Below are positions 1 through 18,600 of a DNA stretch of 64,000 bases, piece by piece. Origin of the DNA: Octopus vulgaris (lineage: Eukaryota); NCBI GenBank assembly GCA_951406725.2, contig OX597820.1, positions 106,888,001-106,952,000 of the forward strand, in the 5' to 3' direction. The stretch's first letter is position 1. Every line of letters begins with the position of its first letter. The translations under genes and the position numbers were made by a program. A model generated the notes under the pieces. The model made no database searches. It was not told the DNA's origin and saw only the letters and a list, made by a program, of their open reading frames with translations.

Positions 1-151
1 CAAACTAAACTAAATATGAATATCAGAGGAGGTACACCCATACAAGAGTGGGTACAGCCATAATATATATATATTATATATATATACATATACATATGAG
101 TGCATATGTTATCCCATGGTGGGTTGCACTCACAACACCTATCTCAATTTG

Positions 152-4736
<4,585 letters not shown>

Positions 4737-4770
4737 ATATATATATGTATATATATATATATATGTATAT

Positions 4771-5169
4771 ATCATCATCATCATCATCATTTAGCGTCCG
4801 TTCTCCATGCTAGCATGGGTTGGACGGTTCAACTGGGGTCTGTGAAGCTGGAAGGCTTCATCAGGCCCAGTCCGATCTGGCAGTGTTTCTACGGCTGGAA
4901 GCCCTTCCTAACGCCAACCACTCCGTGAGTGTAGTGGGTGCTTTTTACGTGCCACCTGCACAGGTGCCAGACAGAGCTGGCAAACGGCCACGAACGGATG
5001 GTGCTTTTACGTGTCACTGGCACGGGGGCCAGGCGAGGCTGGCAACGGACACGAACGGATGGTGCTTTTACGTGCCACCAACACGGGAGCCAGACAGATC
5101 TGGGAAACGGCCACGAAACGGATGGTGCTTTTACGTGTCACTGGCACGGGGGCCAGGCGAGGCTGGCAA
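4771..5169 (-). mobile_element. Non-autonomous retroposon (SINE-like) with (GAT)n tail and internal ~60-bp repeat modules
   Basis: (CAT)n at 4771-4790, then the family core ccatgctagcatgggttggacgg...cccttcctaacgccaaccac, which recurs many times in the window; four modules anchored on ggtgcttt(t)acgtg. Confidence 0.85.
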
Positions 5170-5219
5170 TACATTGGTATATTAAGATGGCATTTGGAAG
5201 ATAACAAAAAACAAATATA

Positions 5220-5563
5220 GGATCTTTACCTTTTGATCAACAGATTTTATAAATATTTTTTTGTAACTAAACACCTTCAAACCTCGGACACTGGTAGAAT
5301 GCGCCACACAAAACATCTCCCACCCCCAGCATTCCCGAGAAAAACCTACATTCACGAAGCCATTTCACGCCAAAGTAGTCCCATTTCGGCAACTTCAACC
5401 AATCAATGACGTGCACTCAGCAGAATAAAACCACTGCCGTTGCTTGTCAACAACAAATATCGGCTGCGCACCTTTCACTTGTCACTGTTCTTTATGACAT
5501 CGTTCATGCGTTTGTACTGGTTTTAAGGTTTTAGGGTTAGGGTTAAGGTTTTTAGGCTTAGGG
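5220..5563. mobile_element. One arm plus part of the interior (TTAGGG-like repeats) of a long-TIR non-autonomous DNA element; arm is T>C hypermutated
   Basis: Starts ggatct and aligns with both arms of the element at 59911-60714; ends ttttagggttagggttaaggtttttaggcttaggg. Confidence 0.8.
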
Positions 5564-6293
<730 letters not shown>

Positions 6294-6665
6294 AGCGTGA
6301 TGCCTAAACCAATCAGCTCAACCAACCAATCAGCTTAAGTAATTGAGTGATACTACACACTGATTGGTCAGAATACAGTTTGCAAAACCTAGCACTCTGG
6401 AGCCTACCCAGCTGTATTTATAGCACAGAATCACTCATCTTGCTACAGTCAAAAAATTGTGAAACATGACTGTCAACACTACTACATGAACCCGAAGATT
6501 GCAGAATTCAATGCATGAAAGTACTAGTTCAATCAGAATGAATATTTAACATTCTACTATTTCATTTTATTTTATTCAATTATAATATATTATCTTATAA
6601 TATATCATTATAAGATTGTAAATAAAACGTGAAAATCAGACAAGGTTGGAATTCTTTTTATTAAT

Positions 6666-8905
<2,240 letters not shown>

Positions 8906-8939
8906 ATATATATATGTATATATATATATATATGTATAT

Positions 8940-9732
8940 ATCATCATCATCATCATCATTTAGCGTCCGTTCTCCATGCTAGCATGGGTTGGACGGTTCA
9001 ACTGGGGTCTGTGAAGCTGGAAGGCTTCATCAGGCCCAGTCCGATCTGGCAGTGTTTCTACGGCTGGAAGCCCTTCCTAACGCCAACCACTCCGTGAGTG
9101 TAGTGGGTGCTTTTTACGTGCCACCCGCACAGGTGCCAGACAGAGCTGGCAAACGGCCACGAACGGATGGTGCTTTTACGTGTCACTGGCACGGGGGCCA
9201 GGCGAGGCTGGCAACGGACACGAACGGATGGTGCTTTTACGTGCCACCAACACGGGAGCCAGACAGAGCTGGGAAACGGCCACGAAACGGATGGTGCTTT
9301 TACGTGTCACTGGCACGGGGGCCAGGCGAGGCTGGCAATACATTGGTATATTAAGATGGCATTTGGAAGATAACAAAAAACAAATATAGGATCTTTACCT
9401 TTTGATCAACAGATTTTATAAATATTTTTTTGTAACTAAACACCTTCAAACCTCGGACACTGGTAGAATGCGCCACACAAAACGTCTCCGACCCCCAGCA
9501 TTCCCGAGAAAAACCTACATTCACGAAGCCATTTCACGCCAAAGTAGTCCCATTTCGGCAACTTCAACCAATCAATGACGTGCACTCAGCAGAATAAAAC
9601 CACTGCCGTTGCTTGTCAACAACAAATATCGGCTGCGCACCTTTCACTTGTCACTGTTCTTTATGACATCGTTCATGCGTTTGTACTGGTTTTAAGGTTT
9701 TAGGGTTAGGGTTAAGGTTTTTAGGCTTAGGG
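8940..9732 (-). mobile_element. Duplicate of 4771-5563 (SINE-like retroposon plus hypermutated TIR arm)
   Basis: Near-identical at offset 4169; about 4 substitutions seen (e.g. acctgca/acccgca, cagatctgg/cagagctgg, aacatctccc/aacgtctccg). Confidence 0.92.
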
Positions 9733-11023
<1,291 letters not shown>

Positions 11024-11025
<2 letters not shown>

Positions 11026-11580
11026 CATCATCATCATCATCATCATCATTTAGCGTCCGTTTTCCATGCTAGCATGGGTTGGACGGTTCTGCTGGGGTCT
11101 GTGAAGCCAGAAGGCTTCATCAGGCCCAGTCAAATCTGGCAGTGTTTCTACGGCTGGATGCCCTTCCTAACGCCAACCACTCCGTGAGTGTAGTGGGTGC
11201 TTTTTACGTGCCACCCGCACTGGTGCCAGACAGAGCTGGCAAACGGCCACGAACGGATGGTGCTTTTTATGTGCCACCGGCACGAGGGCCAGGCGAGGCT
11301 GGCAACGGACACGAAACGGGGCGGTGCTGGCAACGGTCGCGAAACGGAAAGTTCTCTTACATGCCACCGGCACTGGTAACACATCTGCAATTTCCATTGA
11401 TCGATTTCCATTGATCGATTTCGATTCTGATCCTCACTTGCCTCAATGGGTCTTCACAAGCAGAGTTTCGACATGCCACCGGCACTGGTAGCACATCCGC
11501 AATTTCCATTGATCGATTTCGATTCTGATCCTCACTTGCCTCAACACGTCTTCACAAGTAGCCACTTGCCTCAACACGTC

Positions 11581-11584
<4 letters not shown>
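11024..11584 (-). mobile_element. (GAT)n-tailed SINE-like retroposon inserted in a (TA)n tract
   Basis: (CAT)n tail, family core, internal direct repeat acatgccaccggcactggta...gatcctcacttgcctcaa (x2); TA tracts on both sides. Confidence 0.88.
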
Positions 11585-11630
<46 letters not shown>

Positions 11631-11632
<2 letters not shown>

Positions 11633-13100
11633 GTAGGATAGGGCCACTCCTTCAAAAAGATGGTACACTCACAGTAAATCCAATGAGGATAAGTGAAATA
11701 CTAAATGAGCAATTCAAAAGTATTTTCACTCCACCCCTAGGGCATTTTCAAGTCAGTAATCCAACTGACTTCTTTACCACTGCAGATATAAAATCAGAGG
11801 CAACGATGATTGATTACATCAATATAAAGGAAGATGATGTAATAAAGGCTATAGATGAAATAAAAACAAACTCAGCTACTGGCCCCGATGGATTCCCACC
11901 AATCCTCCTAAAAGTATGTAAGAGAGTCCTAGCAAGACCATTACAGTTCCTCTTTCAGAGCTTCCTTGCAGCTGGCAAACTTCCAAGAAAACTGAAGGAG
12001 GGTAAAATATGCCCTATTCATAAAAGAGGTAGCAGAGCGGAGACCAAGAACTACAGACCTATCTCTCTGACCTCACACATCAGCAAGGTCATGGAACGAA
12101 TAGTCAGAAGGAAACTAATCACCTTCCTTGAAGAAAATGACTTGCTGCCTGACACCCAACATGGTTTCTGACCAGGAAGAAGCTGCTTAACTCAGCTCCT
12201 ACAACACTATGACTGGGTGCTGAAACGACTGCTCAACCACTCAAATGTGGAAGTGATATATCTCGACTTTGCAAAAGCCTTTGATAAAGTCGATCATGGA
12301 ATGATATGTCACAAACTGCGTGATCTTGGTTTATTTGGAAAACTGGGAGAATGGCTTCAAGACTTTCTGAAGGATAGAAGTCAGGTGGTAGTAGCCAATG
12401 AAATGTAGGTGGCTTACCAGATGGATTCTTAGAGCTTTTAGAACAAGAGACCAGGAAACCATGATGGTCCTCTGGAGGACACTTGTCCTAAGCCACTTTG
12501 ACTATTGCTCTCAGCTATGGTCACCAATCAGTGTCAAGTTGATCACAGAACTTGAGGCAACCACCGAAGCTACACGAAGAAGATAGCCTCTGTGCAGCAT
12601 ATAAGCTATTGGGAAAGACTCAAGAGATTGAGACTCTATTCCTTAGAGTGTAGGCGGGAAAGATATGCCATAATATACATCTGGAAGATCCTGGAAGGAC
12701 TTGTCCCAAACTTTGGCATCGAGAGTTACACAAATACTAGAACTGGGTGCCACTGCATAGTGCCAAGGACTCCAAATTTGCCATCAAGATGTAGGACAAG
12801 ATACTGTGATAGCCTGGGCTTCAGAGGTCCACAGCTCTTCAATATCCTCCCGAAGGACCTGAGAGACCTGCATGGGGTGGATGCAGATGTCTTTAAAATA
12901 AAACTGGATCTCTTCCTGTCAGGTGTCCCAGATGAACCAACTTCACAGCAGGAGGTGCAGATGAGGGCAGCTGCATCGAACTCTCTCATGCACCAAATGT
13001 CAATTGCTAAAAAGCATTCGTGAAGTAAAATCATGTAGCAACACCAAATGGAGGTGCCCCAGCATGGCCACAGCTCGTGAGCTGAATCTAGATAAAAAAA
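11631..13100 (+). mobile_element. LINE copy 3 with the same internal deletion and a short A-rich tail
   Basis: 5' ~1 kb nearly identical to copy 2; 3' part diverged from copies 1 and 2 (YTNTRTGCHCIVPRTPN vs YTNARTGRHCVVPRTSN). Confidence 0.92.
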
Positions 13101-13124
13101 AATTTTTTTTAAATATATATATAT

Positions 13125-13671
13125 GTCAGGTCTCTTTCGAGTGCTACTGGTAACATGTAACCCAGTACAACCTGTTGCATGGTCGGGTTGACGGTGACTA
13201 AACCGGCAACCCCACCAAGCTTGCTTGGTGAGGAGGGTGTTTATTGGACACCCTGCGAGATGAAAAACAAAACCCGTCAAAGGGCGGAGGAACTCTTGAG
13301 AGTCAACGGCCATCCAATAAATGTCTTAAGGCTGTATCATGCGCGGGGACATAGAAATAATCGGACTGAATACCCGATCGCGCAGTTAAACCATTGAGTG
13401 TGAAGGACTCCTAGCCTTTGTTAGGGCATCCTTCTAGGAGAAGGTAACTCAGGTAACTGGGATAACTCCGACATAAAACCTGTGACTCAGTGGTTACCGA
13501 TGATGTTGACTTCTTTTCAGATTATGGCTGCTGTTGCTTAGTGAGTGGGATTGACTCAGTGCAGAGCCTTTCCTCACTTTAAAAAAAATCTTGTTGCACA
13601 GGCATTGCATGATAACAACATTGATTAAGCTTCGTGCTATGGCCATACTCGATAACGAGGGGGCAGCCACC
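13125..13671. mobile_element. Unclassified relatively GC-rich insertion flanked by (TA)n
   Basis: Higher GC and CpG than the surroundings, bounded by TA repeats, no credible ORF. Confidence 0.4.
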
Positions 13672-13672
13672 A

Positions 13673-13736
<64 letters not shown>

Positions 13737-14022
13737 ATGTGGGTGTGTGAGGATACATGGCTAGTGGTTAGGAAATTGTTGTACTCAAAATTGAGATTGT
13801 GGTTTCAATTTCTTTACCAGGTGGTACATTGTGTTCTTCAGCAATACACTTCATCTCACATTGCTCTGCAGTCTTTTCAGCATCTGACATATGGTGGAAG
13901 TGAGCTAATGTACTGCATCATACATTTGATCACTATAAACAAATCATTTGTGTAGGCTGTTCAGCTACAAATTGCAGAACTGTCTTTCTCAGACCATGAG
14001 AGACTGCCATCACACACACAAG

Positions 14023-14185
14023 CATGACTATGTGATTAAGAACCCACATGGTTTCAAGTCTCAGTGCCATTGTGTGGTACCTTGCATAAGTGTCTTCTAT
14101 CATAGCTCCACACCAGAGACATGAAATCATGAGGGAATTTGATAGGCAGAAACTGCAAGAAGCCCTCTGTATGTGTGCATGCATG
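14023..14185 (+). mobile_element. Degenerate tRNA-headed SINE (family also at ~23180-23330 -, 34360-34480 -, 35916-36100 +, 48510-48660 -, 61165-61330 +)
   Basis: gcatggctgtgtggttaag...ggttcagtcccactg...gcaagtgtcttctactatagc...gaaactg..agaagcc(tg)n pattern shared among copies. Confidence 0.65.
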
Positions 14186-15199
14186 TATTTCTCATGCCTT
14201 GTTGGACACCCGACAACCATTCACTATATCTACCCATCAACACTTGTTCTACATTCATTATATTCACACAATCCTCACCCATTCCCCATCTCTCAGTCTC
14301 CTATACAATCTTGCCAACTCTATCTATCTACACTCTCAGTTCTTCTGTCCCTACTCTTATGCACCTCCTACCTTGAGGGTTTGCCCAACACCCTCACCAT
14401 CACTATTTTATTCCTTTCTAGCTCCATCCCAATCATCTCTGCCCTCTCTTCTAAAATGTGAATCAACATATAGCCCCTCTACAGCAAGAAATCTTTTTTA
14501 CTCTAACCCTTTCTTTAACCCCTCATCATCTAGCATAACACAACCTGTCTAGGAGTTCATGTGATCTTTCTAGTGTCTGGCCTTGCAAAAAAGCATCCAC
14601 AACATGCTGTAAACTGGTTGGTGTTAGGAAGGACATCTAGCCATAGAAGCCATGACAAAGTAGACAATGGAACACAAAGCAGTCTCCCTTTGATCTATTA
14701 TGTCCTGTTGAGCCTTCCAACCCATTCCAACATGAATACAGATATTAAATGATGATTAGGATATTGATAATGTGTGTGTATTTGTGTGGTGTCATCATCA
14801 TTTAACATCCATATGGGGTGGACAGTTTGACCAGAGCTGACAAGCTGAAGTGATTTAGCTTGGTTTCTAGGGTTGGATGCACTTCCTAATGATTACAGTT
14901 AAGTTCACTGCCATCAATTTACTGTAGGCAAAGTTCACCACCATCAATTTACTGTGAGGAAAGTTCACTATGAAAATATATCCATAGTATTTCACCATTA
15001 ATAGTTAAAAACTATTTTATTGAATTTATCCTGCAGTGAACTTACTGGACATATTTCTCAACACCAACCACTTTTTAGAGTGTGTTGGGTGCTTTTTACA
15101 CAGCACTAGCATAGGTGCTTTTCACATGACACCAACACAGATGCTATTCATTTGGCACTGGAACACGTGCTTTCTATGTGGCCTGGCACAAGTTACATG

Positions 15200-15470
15200 G
15201 CGCTGGCACCAGATATCTTGGTCCTTTGTCATTTCCTTCGTAAGGCTCAGTGTCCTGAGATCAGCCTTCAGTACTTTATTCCATGTCTTCCTGGGTCTCC
15301 CTCTTCCATGAGTTCCATCCACTTTAAGTGATTGACACTTTGTGCAACTGTCTACATTCATTGGCATCACATGACCAAACTAGCAGTCTTCTCTCTTGCA
15401 CACTGCATCTAATTCTTCTTATACTTAACCTTTCTCTCATTGCACTAGCACTCTGTCACACATGTATACT
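15200..15470 (-). mobile_element. RTE-clade LINE 3' fragment
   Basis: Translation KVDGTHGRGRPRKTWNKVLKADLRTLSLTKEMTKDQDIW matches the RTE ORF C-terminal GRPRKTW motif. Confidence 0.75.
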
Positions 15471-15498
15471 TATATTTCAATTCTTTCTTATGGCTTAG

Positions 15499-15652
15499 AC
15501 ACTGGATGTACGAGATAATCCAGATTTGATAATGCCTCCTAAACCAGAAGAAATCCGGATGCGCAAAGAATTTTACAACATTGACTTTTCATTAGCAAAT
15601 CAGTTACGTTTAGCAGGTGCTGCAGCTCCCCCTCAGACAGAACAAACACCAG
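15499..15652 (+). CDS. FLII: FLII exon a ([16 protein letters not shown]...[17 protein letters not shown])
   Basis: ttag|acactg ... ccag|gtaggt; end of LRR region. Confidence 0.93.
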
Positions 15653-18600
15653 GTAGGTGATATTTACCTATTTTTATAATTATTTTTTTGTCCACATATC
15701 TCAGACTTTCAATTGTATTTTAATATATTTCCATGTTCTTCTAAGATTCTTCTATCAAGCTCATTTGTTACAGTATCTGATGGTCAGATGGTTGGGTGGA
15801 GTTGGATCAATCTCTTGCTTTCTCCAGTCACTCTTTAGATTGCATAGAGAAAATAAATGTGATAGAGAGAGAGTTAACATAAGAGGTGCAGGATGAGAGC
15901 ACATAGTAGGTTTGGTGACAAGCATTGAAGTGTGAGAGGCAGAATCATAGGGAGAGGGAGTATATAACAGTAATTATAAGAGGAGTTAAATAAATGAGAA
16001 ATTAATTTTATTTAATTTTATTGTAAGGTAATATTTTACTTTCAAAAATTAGTGTTCATTTCATCATTTTGTATAAGCACCAGGAAATTTGATAAGAGTT
16101 AAATCATAATTATTGTATGTATGCCAATATTTTCTGATATTACCCATGATGCAAAAGTATATTTCTAAAGTTACCATCATCTGATAGTTATCATTCTACT
16201 CTGTCTGTGTGTGTGTGAATTCAAACACACAAGTAGGGAAAATGATTGAAGTAGTTGAGCAACAAGTTAAATTGCAGTAGAATAAAAATACCTAAATTGA
16301 AATACAGCTAAGAATTGGCAACAGGAAGGACATAAAACCATAATATACTTCCTTCAATAAGTATTGTCCAAACCATACCAGCTTGGGGAAAACATACTTA
16401 AAAACATAAATGAAATGAGGTCATAAGTGCTCATCTAAGAACTGATTTAATGCCTCCTTCAGTCAGTTTTTATGAGCATAAAATTTGTTTACTTATTAGT
16501 CTGGATAATAGAAGACCTGTCTATTACAAAATTTTGGCTATATCAGGATTTAACCCTTTTGACACCAACTTGCCTGAGACTGCATTTAGTTCTGTTATAT
16601 AAAGTCCTTATTTTAAAGTGAGCTTAATTAAACACTTCCATCAAATCTTCATGTCAATTTATGCTCCAAACACCAGCTTCATGACAGTTATTTTACTAAA
16701 TTCTTTATTTTCAAAATTAAGTGAAAACAAAGGCAGTATATTCCAAGAGAAATATAGTACCGAATGGTTTAAATAACAGATTTTGCTTTTTGTTTCTTTT
16801 TTTAAGGCTTATCTATTTGTATTTATTTATTGTATGTTATTGCTAATTAGTTATTTCTTAATTTGAAAATATCACCTTTCTTTTAGCACCCAAGGATTCA
16901 ATTGCTCGAAAGCTGAGATTGAGGCGACGGCGGGATGGACAGGATGAAAGTGAAAAAGTGTTAAAGGTCTGAATAATTTTCTGTTTAAATTTTGTTGTTT
17001 TTTCATAGTTACAAATAATAAAAAATAATTCTGTCATTTGGCTTTATACCAGATTGTCTGATTTGCAGAAAATTTCATTAGATATAACCATTTCATTATG
17101 TTTTCAGGGAATGAGGGATGTGGCAAAAGATAAAGCTGCTGGGAAGGCTATTGTTGAAGAAGAACCAGAATTACTCAAGTGAGCAATAACTTTTTCACCT
17201 TTTTGTTACCATATTTCTGTTGAAATACACTGCTTTTGTTTGAATTTGAAAATAACGAAGAACTTAGAAAAATAAATAATTTTGACATTATTTAGTGTTG
17301 GAATATAAAATAACATGAAATTATAGTGGAAGGATTAAATTTGGGCCATTGTAAAGCAGCAGGTTTATACCATAAAAGTAGGGGTAGTTTCAGGCAAGTT
17401 AGTGTCAGAAAGATTAACCACCGTTTCTTTTTACTATAAAAAATGACAGCCATGACAAAAATAAGGATTGTATTGACATTCCAATGTATATTACTAGAAT
17501 AAAATGTGCTAAAAGGAGTTCAAAACCTTTGGTATATTTTTTATATTTTTAAAAATTATTTTTACAAATTATAGATATAATCATCTCTTGGAAGAAAAAA
17601 AAATAAAACCTGTTTTTGTGTTTTCCTTTTCCATTAATTCTAGACCAAAACGTTTTGAAGATACTCTAGAGAAACATCAACTTGACTATAGTCAAATCTT
17701 TGATGATGACATTGGACAGATTCCTGGTATGGAACTTTTATTTTGCTCTTTAAATTGATTTCTGTTGTGCTGTTTCTTCACTTTAAAACTTTTGTTTTAA
17801 AAAAATTTCATATGTATTTTGTAAAGGATAATTTAAGTATTAAAATTACATCTTGGTTCTTATTCCTTTTTTACTCATTGCTGTTATCAGGTATCATAGT
17901 ATGTTTATCCTAGTTCTCAGAGTGTTAAGCTGTTAAGACATCTCTCCCTTAATTCTTTTATTACCATATTTCAGTTGAAATACACTGCCTTTGTTTCAAT
18001 TAATTTTAAAAATAAAGAAGAATTTAATAAAATAACTTTATCTTTATTAACTTGGTATTTGGAGAATAAAAAGAAAAACATGCAGTCTTGTTTGAAGGTT
18101 TTATTTTAGATCACATTGAAACAGGTTTGTATCATTGAACCAGGGGGCTGTATCAGGCGCATTGGTATTAAAAAGGTTGAATACTTGTGTTTTGTGGCTT
18201 TTTCAAACCGCAGGTTAACCTGCCTCTGCTGTTTTTCTCAATAAGCTGTAATACCCTCTCTGTCCTACCTACTTGCAACTTAGTAAACTGGGAGAGTTAT
18301 TAAGATTTATGTGTATTTGCCAATATGTCACTGGTGACAGTAAATGAAGTAGAAATTCAAATTTTCAACCCCACCAACAATAACAACTTTGACTCTACTA
18401 AATGCCAAGAAAATATTACACAAAAGTAATTTCTATTCATATACTGCAGGGGTGGGGAAAACTCTGCCCATGGGTGCAATTGTACACATGAGCCCATTTT
18501 ATTGCATCCATAGGCTGATATACTTGTATGTAAATGTTTCAATTATAAAATTTATACAATACTCGTATACCTATTTGTGACATAGGTCAGGTTTCCACTA

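Noticed and set aside
14200-14550. C/T-rich tracts (also 38440-38760 and 42040-42320) as further hyperedited segments
   Set aside because: No aligned sister copy is available to polarise the changes; they look like low-complexity pyrimidine-rich repeat interiors
13100-15498. Upstream FLII LRR exons
   Set aside because: I found no LRR-coding segment with splice sites; the preceding exon presumably lies upstream of the window, though a tiny exon could have been missed
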